Source: Candidatus Thorarchaeota archaeon
Lineage (GTDB): Archaea; Asgardarchaeota; Thorarchaeia; Thorarchaeales; Thorarchaeaceae
Length of the DNA: 64,000 nt
NCBI GenBank assembly: GCA_011364985.1
Contig: RDOC01000005.1
Span: 1-64,000, forward strand
Direction: 5' to 3'
The first letter of the stretch is position 1. Every line of letters begins with the position of its first letter. Of the stretch, positions 38,002 through 48,416 are shown in pieces. The notes below the pieces were generated by a model. It had not been told where the DNA came from. It was given only the letters and a program-made list of their open reading frames with translations, and did not search any database. The translations under genes and the position numbers were made by a program.

Positions 38002-39187
38002 CTTGGCTAGCTATGCAATTGGGAACATTCTCAAGTATCGCACACGGAGTACCGCGATGATTGTAGCCCTTATCTTCTCCACATTTCTTCTCGGATCAGC
38101 AGAGTTTCTTAGAGAAGGCGTAATGATGGATATTGCCGCTTCGGTTGATGAAGGTCCAGATATTGTCGTTCAGCGGCTTGTTGGTGGCAGACAAGTGGAA
38201 GTTCACAGTTCATGGAGAGAGAACCTGAGTTCAATAACAGGCGTTAGAATTGCCACACCACGAGCATGGGGCTACTTCGATATTGGAACTGGTAACCTCC
38301 TAACGATAATGGGAATCAATGCGACAGATTATGGGAATATTGTAGGTGCGACTGGCACAGAAATCCTACCAGGCGGAAGATTTCTCGAACAAACTGACAG
38401 ATACAGAATTGTTGTGGGACAAGGTATTATTGACCTGATGAGCACCGCCAGAGTGTCAATCTCTGCTGGCTCGATCTTGTCGATTATAGCCCAAAATGGC
38501 TCACTCATCGAGTTTGAGGTTGTAGGAATCTTTGATACAGATGCCAAGATCTACAGCTATGATATGATAGTAACCGACTTGAAGAGCGCACAAGAAGTGC
38601 TTGGATTGGAAGATGAAGCCTACACTGACTTCGCAATCTGGACTGATTATGGTGCCAACCTCAATGACGTAGCCTTTCGTATCGATACGCAGATGCCGGA
38701 AACCAGAGTATTGACACGAGATGCTATGGACGACATAATGATGAAGACTTACGGTGGCCGCGCTGGGATTATCGCTTTGATTTGGGTGGTTGTTCTGATG
38801 ACTGTGGTGCTATTGACATTTACAGTTTCTAGTGCAGGCTCCGACGAGGCTCGTAGAGAAGTAGGCCTCCTGAAAGCACTGGGATTCGACACCGTGGATG
38901 TTTTGGAGATTCGAATGATTGAAAGCCTGATACTTAGTCTTCTCGGAGCCAGCTTCGGAATGTCCTTTGCCATCATCTTTGATTTTTATCTAGGAGCGCC
39001 TATTCTTTCAGGCTATATGCTAGGCTGGAGTATCTTACTGCTAAATGCAGGCTTGCCCCTGGCAATTTCAGGACCCACCATCTTCATTCTCTATGCGGTG
39101 GCGATTGTACCTATCTTGGTAGGAACCGTTGTACCGGCTTGGAGAAATGCGATCACTGAACCGGACATCGTTTTGCGAGGCGTATGA
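37964..39187 (+). CDS. FtsX/LolE-like ABC permease
   Basis: TM1 + large extracytoplasmic domain + 3 TM; RREVGLLKALGF; PAWRNA..EP. Confidence 0.9.
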   Translation: MGGKALGLQKHSNLASYAIGNILKYRTRSTAMIVALIFSTFLLGSAEFLREGVMMDIAASVDEGPDIVVQRLVGGRQVEVHSSWRENLSSITGVRIATPRAWGYFDIGTGNLLTIMGINATDYGNIVGATGTEILPGGRFLEQTDRYRIVVGQGIIDLMSTARVSISAGSILSIIAQNGSLIEFEVVGIFDTDAKIYSYDMIVTDLKSAQEVLGLEDEAYTDFAIWTDYGANLNDVAFRIDTQMPETRVLTRDAMDDIMMKTYGGRAGIIALIWVVVLMTVVLLTFTVSSAGSDEARREVGLLKALGFDTVDVLEIRMIESLILSLLGASFGMSFAIIFDFYLGAPILSGYMLGWSILLLNAGLPLAISGPTIFILYAVAIVPILVGTVVPAWRNAITEPDIVLRGV

Positions 39188-39876
39188 GCATGGGGTGTGC
39201 AATAAGAACAGAAGGGTTATGGAAAAGCTACGGTATTGGGGGGCCGAGGCAAGTCGATGCTGTAAAAGAAGCCAGCGTTGAGATTGAAAGTGGAAAAGTA
39301 ACCGCCTTTGGTGGCCCATCAGGATCTGGGAAAACAACTATGTTGAGTATGATAGGATTGCTCACAAAGCCAACCAGAGGGCAGCTCTTTCATGAGCATG
39401 AGGAGCTATCAACTGTATCTGAAGTGTATAGGACAAAGATTCGAAGGGAACGCATTGGTTTTGTATTCCAAGCGCAGTACCTGATACCCCAGCTGACAGC
39501 CGTTGAGAATGTCGTCCTACCTAGTATGTGTACTGATACCTCTCCGCGGGATGCAGAAGCCCTCGCACGAAAAAGACTCATTGAGCTTGGAATGGAACAC
39601 AGACTTGATTTTCGGGTTGCAGAATTGAGCGGTGGTGAAGCTCAACGGGTCAGTATTGCCAGATCGATGATGAACTCGCCAGAAATTCTGATTGCAGATG
39701 AACCAAGCTCATCCATAGATGAAGCACTTACGAAGGATCTCCTTTCGCAGCTTCGCAAGATGGTGAAAGAGGAGAAACTCACGATAATTGTGGCATCGCA
39801 TGACCCCGTAGTACTAAACTGGGCCGACAAGGTCTACCAAATGCGTTCGGGGAAAATACTGGAAGAAACTGGATAG
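39184..39876 (+). CDS. LolD/MacB-like ABC ATPase
   Basis: GPSGSGKT, IGFVFQ, LSGGEAQR, IADEP. Confidence 0.95.
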   Translation: MSMGCAIRTEGLWKSYGIGGPRQVDAVKEASVEIESGKVTAFGGPSGSGKTTMLSMIGLLTKPTRGQLFHEHEELSTVSEVYRTKIRRERIGFVFQAQYLIPQLTAVENVVLPSMCTDTSPRDAEALARKRLIELGMEHRLDFRVAELSGGEAQRVSIARSMMNSPEILIADEPSSSIDEALTKDLLSQLRKMVKEEKLTIIVASHDPVVLNWADKVYQMRSGKILEETG

Positions 39877-39955
39877 TGAAGAAGCCTACATGGACGGAAA
39901 CGCTAATAGTATCAGTTCTGATCTGTTTTCATAGCTCTATACCAAAGGAGAACGC

Positions 39956-41506
39956 TTGAGAATGGCTCGCACAGAGAACATGTGTTCTGCGATATTAGCC
40001 CTGTTAGTCATACTGAGCATGTGTGGCCTAGCCAATAATGGGAGCATGTTCCAGAATCCGGTGCAAGTCGAGTCTGATTCTACTGCATATCAAGAAAACG
40101 TATTGCCAATTAGATACTTCTCAGAGAATATCCTTCTTTCAACTAACGATATGGTTTACCCACACCACGTTGAAGTCACCATGGCCATAGCAGAGAATGA
40201 CATTATGTTTGTAGGATGGAAGAACTCCGAAACTCACAATGGTGAGGGAACTCGAGTGAGTTTTGTCAAGTCAACAGATTTCGGCACGACATGGAGTTGG
40301 CCCTATGACATGCCGATGTTTGGAGACCTGAGTTCCACCAGACAATCAGACCCATGGATGGCGTGGCATGCCGGAGCACTGTATTATGCTTACCTGGAGT
40401 TTTCGGAGGAAGACTTCACACAGATAACTGTGGCGAAGAGCACAGATTATGGAAACTCCTGGTCTCCAGTCAAAGCCTCGTTTGGCAGAGGATTTGCAGA
40501 TAAGGAAACCATGATGGTAGCAGACGATGGAACAATATATGTAGCATATGATGATGTGGAAGAAGACGGTGTGACTGTAGAGCTGTCGAAGTCTACTGAT
40601 GGAGGAAAACTCTTCAGAGGCGCAGGAACAATAGGGGAGAAATCAGACGGCCATGTTGGTCCGTATTTGGCGTTGAGCTCGTCTGGCGATGTATACTGTG
40701 CATGGTCATGGTTCGATGAATTCGGAGGAAACATATTTCTAGACAGGAGCCTCAATGATGGAGAAACCTTTGGCGAGGAGAGATTCGTCAACCAAGATGG
40801 TAATTTCTCTGCTTGGACCACCGCAGATGGAAACCCTGCAAAGGTGACATTACCAGTAATTCGTTTCGACCAGAACGATCGGCTCTATGTCCTATGGGCA
40901 GATATGTACGAAGGTGTTCATGATACGTTCGATGTCTTCCTGAGGTATTCGGATGATTATGGACGGACTTGGAGTCCCCGGTTGCGAATAAACAAGCTTA
41001 CAGAAGGCAATCAGTGGAATCCAGAGTTTGCAATCGATTCAACTGGAAGACTTCACATTGTATACTATGAGGATAGACTGATTGGTGGCTATAGGTCCTT
41101 TTACAAGGCTGTCAGCTTCACGGGACCATCGCGAGACGTACCCGAGTTTGGTGAAGAGATGCCCATCGCATCAGCTGGGACCGACTTGTCATTTACTAGA
41201 CCTGGGGAATATTTCTGCATAAAACTTGACAGCAATGATATTCCTCATGTGGTCTGGACTGACGGCCGAAAAGGAGCTCTGGACATTTACTATGCGCATG
41301 GTGTACCTAACTACCCAGATCATACTGAAACAAACTCGACCAAAACAACGACTTCTACACAAACGTCTGTAACCACAACAGCGACAACAGATGGAGAGGA
41401 GCTGTTGATTGTGCGAATGGCAAGATTGGTGGCAATAATCGGCGGAGCGGCTGCAATAGTTGGAGCCGTAATAGTCTGGTGGAATCGAAGAACCGGTTTT
41501 GGATGA
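39956..41506 (+). CDS. Surface BNR/Asp-box (sialidase-like) beta-propeller protein
   Basis: Signal peptide; Asp boxes STDFGTTW, STDYGNSW, STDGGKLF, SLNDGETF, SDDYGRTW; Thr linker; C-terminal TM. Confidence 0.9.
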   Translation: MRMARTENMCSAILALLVILSMCGLANNGSMFQNPVQVESDSTAYQENVLPIRYFSENILLSTNDMVYPHHVEVTMAIAENDIMFVGWKNSETHNGEGTRVSFVKSTDFGTTWSWPYDMPMFGDLSSTRQSDPWMAWHAGALYYAYLEFSEEDFTQITVAKSTDYGNSWSPVKASFGRGFADKETMMVADDGTIYVAYDDVEEDGVTVELSKSTDGGKLFRGAGTIGEKSDGHVGPYLALSSSGDVYCAWSWFDEFGGNIFLDRSLNDGETFGEERFVNQDGNFSAWTTADGNPAKVTLPVIRFDQNDRLYVLWADMYEGVHDTFDVFLRYSDDYGRTWSPRLRINKLTEGNQWNPEFAIDSTGRLHIVYYEDRLIGGYRSFYKAVSFTGPSRDVPEFGEEMPIASAGTDLSFTRPGEYFCIKLDSNDIPHVVWTDGRKGALDIYYAHGVPNYPDHTETNSTKTTTSTQTSVTTTATTDGEELLIVRMARLVAIIGGAAAIVGAVIVWWNRRTGFG

Positions 41507-42487
41507 TTATAGCACTAACAACAGATGCGAAACCATCGAAACCATGCTGAATAGAAGTGCCACTGATGACAACTTTCGCAACAGATTAACTATGCTAGTG
41601 ATGCTTTGTTTGGAAGGGTTCTTTCTCATCCAGAGAGATTCCAGAAGAACTCGCCAACCGGTACTTGCCACCCCGACCCAGAAGAGGCCGGCAAATAATG
41701 CTGTGTCGGGAAACTCCTGGAAGAGACAGTAAGGACAATGATGACTTGTGAGTCCAAGAATAAGCGGAGCATATGTATCGTGAAGAGCAACCAGATACAA
41801 TACTGAAACAGCAGCAGCTAAGAAAATGACAACTTCTCTAAAAGATCGGAATCTCACTTCGATCCACTGGATAAAGATAAGAAGAAGAGTCAGTATTATG
41901 GTAGCTTCCATTATAATCCAACCAACCTCCGGACCAAGAATTGCTGATGGAGAGAAAGGGGGATCAACGTCATAGACACTCGAACAACAAGGTGCATAGA
42001 CTGGTCTGATAGAAGCCACCAAGAAGAGATCCATTGTGCTGTCCAAGAGGATCAAGGGTACAAGTAGAATCAGGAAGGTGCGCACAAGATCACGCATAAA
42101 GACTAGATTTGGGTTACGACGATTTGCAACTTCTAGAACGAGCCAGCTGCCATATGCGAAAGGGAGTAAGAGCTTTAAAACTAGAGCAATTGTGGACCAA
42201 GGATTTCCAACGTTAATAACACCATAGGAACACATTGCCCCTGGACAGTAGGGAACCAGCGACTGCAGCATCCAGAAAAACACTGGAACATTGAGTAGAC
42301 GAGCAGCAAGTACGATTATTCCAATCATACCTAGAAGATAGTAACGTTGTTCGGCAGCTAGCTGCTGTTCGTTGTTCCCGGTTGTTTTTTCCAGAATCTC
42401 TGATGACACATAGCCACCATATAGCGCAAGTGCTAATGACAATACACCAATGACAAGAACCACCACTGTTGTAACAGTAACAATCAT
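41507..42487 (-). CDS. Cys-motif polytopic membrane protein (GAMC / CCS / HHCPxC family)
   Basis: YCPGAMCSYG, APCCSSVY, HHCPYCLFQE; about 8 TM helices. Confidence 0.85.
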   Translation of the reverse strand: MIVTVTTVVVLVIGVLSLALALYGGYVSSEILEKTTGNNEQQLAAEQRYYLLGMIGIIVLAARLLNVPVFFWMLQSLVPYCPGAMCSYGVINVGNPWSTIALVLKLLLPFAYGSWLVLEVANRRNPNLVFMRDLVRTFLILLVPLILLDSTMDLFLVASIRPVYAPCCSSVYDVDPPFSPSAILGPEVGWIIMEATIILTLLLIFIQWIEVRFRSFREVVIFLAAAVSVLYLVALHDTYAPLILGLTSHHCPYCLFQEFPDTALFAGLFWVGVASTGWRVLLESLWMRKNPSKQSITSIVNLLRKLSSVALLFSMVSMVSHLLLVL

Positions 42488-42609
42488 TGGATATCACACT
42501 TGAGGACATTTTGGATTCCAAACCAGCACTAAAGCGTTCCGAAAACCATACCATTCAGTTATGGGTATTGCTTAGGTGTACTAGAGAAAAGATTGAAACT
42601 AACTCCTCA

Positions 42610-42955
42610 TGATCGAGAGCATCTTTGAGCTACCCTGGTACTTCCGCGGAGGCAGGAATATCGCTAAGACAGAGTCCAGTTATTGTTATCAAGAATACAC
42701 AACTGCATTAGTCTCATAAACAGAAGCAATTGCTGGCATCTGTCGCAGAAAGAGATGAGATTCTCTTTCAAAGAGCGGTCTATGACAATTACATGGCAGA
42801 CGGAATGCAAATGGCAGCACGGGGCCACACGGGTTCAGCTATTGGGTTTCCTTGTAGATATTCGCATAGTAGCTTAGACAATAATGCTAGAGGATGTAGC
42901 AAATGCCATCAGATTGCTTCTTGAGTTCTTGGCTGTTTCAAGGGAATTGCATTAG
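42610..42955 (+). pseudogene. C-terminal fragment of an M42 aminopeptidase
   Basis: AGISLRQSPVIVIK..H*SH..ILFQRAV..DG..AIGFPCRYSHS, then frameshift to EDVANAIRLLLEFL; N-terminal two thirds absent. Confidence 0.7.
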
Positions 42956-43341
42956 TCACAAGATTCTAGTGGTATCACGCGAACTCGCATATGGTCTCTG
43001 CTGACCACCTTTACATCTACTCCGGTCGGTATTTCACCTTCATCACATCTAGCATCCCAAATCTCAGCTCCAACCTTAATCTTCCCCGAACGCTGTGTTA
43101 CGGGTTCTATGACCTTCCCCATCATTCCTTCGAGGTTGTAGAGCATGTAGCTGCCATCTTGGAGGGATGGGTACACCAAGTAGTACTTCACTGCGACAAA
43201 AATAGCAGCCCCAATAATCAGGGCAATAGTAGCATAGACGACAAGATCGGGTATGAAATAGTATACAAGGACAATTGCTATTGGGACTAGAATAAGTTCA
43301 TCTATCGTTATCACTATGAATTTGACTTTTGCTGATACCAT
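42952..43341 (-). CDS. NfeD family protein
   Basis: 2 TM helices + OB fold (GKIKVGAEIWDA...IPTG..VKVV). Confidence 0.88.
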   Translation of the reverse strand: MVSAKVKFIVITIDELILVPIAIVLVYYFIPDLVVYATIALIIGAAIFVAVKYYLVYPSLQDGSYMLYNLEGMMGKVIEPVTQRSGKIKVGAEIWDARCDEGEIPTGVDVKVVSRDHMRVRVIPLESCD

Positions 43342-43692
43342 TGCTCTCAGGTTTACATTGATTCCTTAGCAGAAAAGGGTTTGTGAAAAGGGCAACGAAA
43401 TGCCGTAGTGAGTCTTACCGCATCATTGAATAGTCGTGTCGATTGTATCTGACATTCAGCCACTCTTTTGAAGATCGAAATGATCCAAGTCATGGCCAGC
43501 GCTGCACTGCTGTCTGCTTTACTTACGTTCCTATACCAGCAAGAGAGCATTTGAATACAACGAGTTCTTTATGAGAATCCTTGTTGGTGCATATGCCGCA
43601 CCAGCTTTCATTGCAAGCTACTTTAGAAGAGCAGAAGATAACAGGAAGGAGATATCATCTGTAGAGTCGGCAGTCTAGTTCAAGAGAAACAA

Positions 43693-43712
43693 AGAGGGGA
43701 AAGAACCCCTCT
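43693..43712 (-). terminator. Hairpin terminator of the MFS gene
   Basis: AGAGGGG-n6-CCCCTCT followed by TTGTTT on minus. Confidence 0.7.
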
Positions 43713-43719
43713 CGTATCT

Positions 43720-45075
43720 CTAAGAGGCCCCTATCGCTTGGTCTCCAACCTCGCCGGTTCTAATCGCCAGAGTAAGTATCAGGGCCACAACAAAGAAGGC
43801 GATGGAAACAGGATACATCAGAGTTATGCTTGTTATATCAAAAATCACGCCGGTCGCAAAGGGTCCAAAGATTGCAGCACTCATGCTTGCAAAGTAGTAC
43901 AAACCGGTTCCTGCACCGAGCCGTTTTTGTCCAAGCAACTGCCAAACTATGACTATGCTGTTCACATTCACCATTGCCCAACCAACTCCAGCGACTACAA
44001 GAATACCCAGAATAGTGTAATAGTCGCTCACAACCCAAAGAGCCACTAGAGCAGCAAGCATTATGACTAGGCCACCAAGAATTGTTTTCTTTCTTCCAAT
44101 TCTGCCTGCAATGAATCCTGCTGGAACTGCAAATATAACAAAGGCCAACGCAATGCCATTGAGAAGGAAGGAAGCATCTGCTGTTGCGAAACCTAGGACT
44201 TCTTTCCCATACTTTGTGAACCAAGTTTCTATGGCGTTATAGCCAAGGAACCAGAAGAAGATAGCACCAAGGATAGCTATGGCAGATTTATCATCTGAGA
44301 AGGACACCTGCCGCATAGCTTCGAGTATTCCAATTTCCTCTTGCTCTTCTTCTTCTTCTCGTTTAGGAGAATCTGTTTCCTTTATGACTAGGAAAAGCAC
44401 AATTACTGCAATAATCATGATTAGAGAAGTGGTTACAAAGGCCAGTACTGGTCCGATTTGCCAAATTTGAACATGAAATATACTGGCCAAGTTCGTGTCT
44501 CGAATCTTGTATATTTGGGATGCAACAGCATAAGCATAGATGGCTCCGATACCGCCCATGAGATTGATAACCCCATTGGCTTTTGACCGGTGCTCTGAAG
44601 GCACTAGGTCGGGCATGAGAGCTACTACTGGCGCACGATAGAAGGCCATAGCCACATTGAATACGGTAATCATTCCAAACATAACCCAGAACATAGAAGC
44701 TGCCCAACCGTACGCAATTAGCGAGAAGTAAATTGCAGCAATTGGTGTTCCAATCAGAATATAGGGCATTCTTCTACCCCATCTCGTGCGTGTCTTGTCT
44801 GAACGGGCACCTATGTATGGTTGGAGAAACAAGGCAAGAATATTATCCAACACCATTATCGCACCGATAATGGTGTTCTCAAAATCGCCTGAGATGAAAG
44901 CCGGGAGGAAGTCTGCAGGGAGGTAGCTGTTGTAAACGCTCCAGCTTACACCTGTAGTGAAAAAGCCAAGGCCAATAGCAAGAACATAGAGCCACCGCAT
45001 CTTTGGTGCCTCATTTGCATTGGTTTCACCGACTTCATCGTCTGCAACGGATTCATTTTCATCCTCGTATGTCAA
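43720..45075 (-). CDS. MFS transporter (SLC45/maltose-type)
   Basis: 12 TM helices; SDKTRTRWGRRMPYI; AFYRAPVVALMPD. Confidence 0.93.
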   Translation of the reverse strand: MTYEDENESVADDEVGETNANEAPKMRWLYVLAIGLGFFTTGVSWSVYNSYLPADFLPAFISGDFENTIIGAIMVLDNILALFLQPYIGARSDKTRTRWGRRMPYILIGTPIAAIYFSLIAYGWAASMFWVMFGMITVFNVAMAFYRAPVVALMPDLVPSEHRSKANGVINLMGGIGAIYAYAVASQIYKIRDTNLASIFHVQIWQIGPVLAFVTTSLIMIIAVIVLFLVIKETDSPKREEEEEQEEIGILEAMRQVSFSDDKSAIAILGAIFFWFLGYNAIETWFTKYGKEVLGFATADASFLLNGIALAFVIFAVPAGFIAGRIGRKKTILGGLVIMLAALVALWVVSDYYTILGILVVAGVGWAMVNVNSIVIVWQLLGQKRLGAGTGLYYFASMSAAIFGPFATGVIFDITSITLMYPVSIAFFVVALILTLAIRTGEVGDQAIGAS

Positions 45076-45261
45076 CTTGTACCGCTCCTTCCGAAAGAAA
45101 GCTGATTAACAAGCGCTTTCAGGAAATCTTGAGTGCACAATCGGATATATGAATGATGGCAAGGAAACCAATAGGAAGATCTTAGAAACGGGGAAGGTTC
45201 TTCTCGTAGTGTTTCGAGAGCAGTCCAGAATCAGTTCATCATTTCCAGTTCACGAGGATGT

Positions 45262-46113
45262 ATGACACAGATGAGAATTCGAAATATGAATACAAACGAC
45301 CTTGGCTTTGCTATAAGCCTAACAGAACAGGAGAAATGGGGTAGTATTAGAGAGGATTTTCAGGAACTCCTGCTTTTCGACCCAAATGGATCCTTTATTG
45401 CAGAAATGAATGGCGAACCAATCGGAATGGTATGCGCAATTTCCTATGGGTCCTTTGGATTCATTGGAAACCTGATAGTCCGATCAGAATATCGAAAGAG
45501 CGGCTATGGAACAACTCTGATGAGTCATGCCATCGCGTATCTCAAAGGGAAAGGAACAGATACTGTAATGCTTGATGCAGTACAGAAAGCAGTACCTTTA
45601 TACAAGAAGCTAGGTTTCAAAGAGATGTGCAACTCACTTAGGTACGAGGGACGCGTTGAGCCAGAGACTTCCAGCAATTCTCGGGATATGGAAGACAAGG
45701 ATATGATGCACATTCTAGGGATTGACAGGAAGCACTTCGGAGCCAATAGATTTCTTTTCCTTGGGAGCAGTTTGTCCAGGGACCCAGATTTGGCCCGTGT
45801 TATTGAAGTGGGAGGCAGAATAGTTGGTTACATAATGGGAAGTAAGCGGCATGGGTTTGTTAGGCTGGCACCATGGATAATCTCGGAGTGCCCTGAGCTT
45901 GCCAATGAGATGCTACGCGATTTTGCAGTACGTGTAGAAGGAAAGCAGATCAAGCTAGGAGTTCTCGAATCTAATACTCATGCTGTAAAAGTCATGAAGG
46001 CCCACGCGTTCTATCAGAAGAGCTATTCTGTTCGAATGGTCCTTGGCGCTTTGCCGAGAGATATGCAACCGTCAAACGCAGTATATGCAATAGGGTCCGC
46101 TATGCGTGGATGA
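45262..46113 (+). CDS. GNAT N-acetyltransferase (two-domain)
   Basis: LIVRSEYRKSGYG; AVPLYKKLGF. Confidence 0.9.
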   Translation: MTQMRIRNMNTNDLGFAISLTEQEKWGSIREDFQELLLFDPNGSFIAEMNGEPIGMVCAISYGSFGFIGNLIVRSEYRKSGYGTTLMSHAIAYLKGKGTDTVMLDAVQKAVPLYKKLGFKEMCNSLRYEGRVEPETSSNSRDMEDKDMMHILGIDRKHFGANRFLFLGSSLSRDPDLARVIEVGGRIVGYIMGSKRHGFVRLAPWIISECPELANEMLRDFAVRVEGKQIKLGVLESNTHAVKVMKAHAFYQKSYSVRMVLGALPRDMQPSNAVYAIGSAMRG

Positions 46114-47284
46114 CCATTTTCTTTCGTCGTGACCTCATTCTCTCAATCCTAGCCCCTAAGTTAACCTCACTAATACGATTCGCCACAAATGGTGACGCAG
46201 CTATTAGGGCAACAGCAAGGAGCCAGACTACGGAGATATCGATTGTTGCATGGCTATAGGTTCCCTGAACAAACATCTCAATCATAGTGCGATATGCATT
46301 GGAGAAGGGCACATACTCGTTGAGAACTGTGAAGCCCATTCCGGTCAAAGATAGTGGTGCGATCCCACCTCCAGTGATCCAGTAAAAGAGAGCAACCAGT
46401 GCGCAAAGTGGAACAACATACACCGAGTTTCTTGCCATCGACCCTAATATTGTTCCCACGCCTGCAGTAAAGATAGCCAATGGTAGCGTCATCGCAAGGA
46501 ACGTGAGTATGTCACCTCTAGGTAGAACACCATATAATCCCCATCCCAGAAACAACACCGCTGGAATGGAAATGTAGCTTAGAACTGCTCCACTCAACAT
46601 TTTTCCAGCATAGATCGCATATGGAGACCGATTGGAGAGTGTGAGTTCCTCGATTGTGCTCTGTTCATACTCTTGTGCTGTCGCTGATGCTGCAAGGAAC
46701 ATTCCTCCAAAAGATATGCCGTATACCATAACTGTCCATGCCATATACGCCAACCTTGGAGGAGTATACTCATTCAACAGTTCTACATTGAAATCGACTT
46801 TCGCATCCTCAGTGAGATAGGTCTGATAGAAGATGTCAAGCTTCCTGATGACAGGCATACGTAGGTTCTTTGTCATGTCCTCGTGGGCATTGTTAACCAT
46901 AATGTGGATACTAGTTGATTGGTTATTTTGAAGAGCTTCTTCAAATCCTTCAGGGATCGTAATCACAAGCAGAATCTCACCAGTTTCAAATAGGCGGTTC
47001 GCAGTATCGCTATCCAGCTCAACTAGCCTCAAGCTGGGAGGAATTGGATCATGCGTTCCCAGAATCTCAATCAATCCATTTGTGTAGAATTCGGGATTCT
47101 GTTCCTCAACCACAAGAGCAGTATCAACACCCGGTCCGGCATATACTCCGCCCATTAGCAGCACGAAAGCGGAGTAGTATAGTAGAGGAAAGAGTATGAC
47201 AAATCCCAGCCGCTCCTTGTTTCTGAGCCAAGTCTTGATCTCTTTCACAAATGATGCACGAAGTACTCTGGACCGATCACTCAT
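46100..47284 (-). CDS. ABC-2 type permease
   Basis: TM + extracytoplasmic domain + 5 TM; EYEQSTIEEL; GKML. Confidence 0.9.
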   Translation of the reverse strand: MSDRSRVLRASFVKEIKTWLRNKERLGFVILFPLLYYSAFVLLMGGVYAGPGVDTALVVEEQNPEFYTNGLIEILGTHDPIPPSLRLVELDSDTANRLFETGEILLVITIPEGFEEALQNNQSTSIHIMVNNAHEDMTKNLRMPVIRKLDIFYQTYLTEDAKVDFNVELLNEYTPPRLAYMAWTVMVYGISFGGMFLAASATAQEYEQSTIEELTLSNRSPYAIYAGKMLSGAVLSYISIPAVLFLGWGLYGVLPRGDILTFLAMTLPLAIFTAGVGTILGSMARNSVYVVPLCALVALFYWITGGGIAPLSLTGMGFTVLNEYVPFSNAYRTMIEMFVQGTYSHATIDISVVWLLAVALIAASPFVANRISEVNLGARIERMRSRRKKMVIHA

Positions 47285-48414
47285 GAACGCTCAACCTCCT
47301 GTGCCATTAGCTTCGTGGAAAGAAGTGTGAACACTATCCACATTGTCAGTAGAGCAACCATGCCAAATAGAAGCCCAGACATAGTATCATAGAAGAACAC
47401 ACGAGCCCACATGCTTATAGAATGAGTCGTTGGAAGCATCATCACCAGAGCTCTGAGCTCTCTTGGCATCAAACCAATTGGGGCAAGGCCACCTCCAGCA
47501 AGAAAACAAACAACGCTGAATAGAACCGAGAAAAGGATTGCAGTTTCCCTCTTTTTAGACCGAAGACCAATAATATCGCCTATAGGTACAAGGACCAAGA
47601 TAGAGAGCAAGAGGATTAGTCCAAGTATTACCGGATTGCCAGCAGGAAGTGTTCCGGTGCCAAGCAGGATAACTGGCACAGTAATCAAGAGCACAAAAAG
47701 AGAGCGGGGAATTGCAGCAATCGTGTGGGCAACCACTATGGCAATTCTACTCGTTGGCGAGTTCAATGTATCATAAACTGCCTTTGTTTCAAAATCAGAT
47801 GCGGTAGCAAGGGCTTGCCCAGTGACAGAGCAGACAATGACAGATAGAACTACTGCTACTGCATACATATAGGCGAGGTTTGACGGAGTTACGTCTAGAT
47901 TCAGAGTTTCATTGAGAGCAACCCGTGCATCAGATTGATCGTATTCTGGATAGATTGCACCCTGATTATAGAGAAGAACTGCAGCCTCAATTCTATGCAC
48001 ATAATTCTTGACAACATCATCATTCAGATTGACTATGTAGATGACAACTACCGCTTTAATGCCCGCAGTTATGTTTACTCCAAACCCTTCAGGGATTAGA
48101 ACATATGCAATAAGTTCGCCGCTTTGAAATAAGTCCATTGCAGTCGCAGAATCATACCGGCTCATTTTGAACCAAGTATGATTCGTAGTAGAAACCATAT
48201 TCTCTAGGATGAGGGCCATATCTTCTGCTTGTGTTGATGAGTCTTCGACAACAAGTCCACAGACAAAGGATTCACCTCCTCCAACTTGAGCCCACATGAT
48301 TGCATAGACCAATGCGAGCACAAATGGAACTATCAGGCTGGGGGCAACGAATCTTGGGTCTCTTTTTGCTTGCTTCAGGTCCTTCCTTACTATGGCGGCA
48401 ATCTCCCTTAGCAA
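47281..48414 (-). CDS. ABC-2 type permease
   Basis: KDLKQAKRDPR; paralog of the adjacent permease. Confidence 0.9.
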   Translation of the reverse strand: MLREIAAIVRKDLKQAKRDPRFVAPSLIVPFVLALVYAIMWAQVGGGESFVCGLVVEDSSTQAEDMALILENMVSTTNHTWFKMSRYDSATAMDLFQSGELIAYVLIPEGFGVNITAGIKAVVVIYIVNLNDDVVKNYVHRIEAAVLLYNQGAIYPEYDQSDARVALNETLNLDVTPSNLAYMYAVAVVLSVIVCSVTGQALATASDFETKAVYDTLNSPTSRIAIVVAHTIAAIPRSLFVLLITVPVILLGTGTLPAGNPVILGLILLLSILVLVPIGDIIGLRSKKRETAILFSVLFSVVCFLAGGGLAPIGLMPRELRALVMMLPTTHSISMWARVFFYDTMSGLLFGMVALLTMWIVFTLLSTKLMAQEVERS

Positions 48415-48416
48415 CT

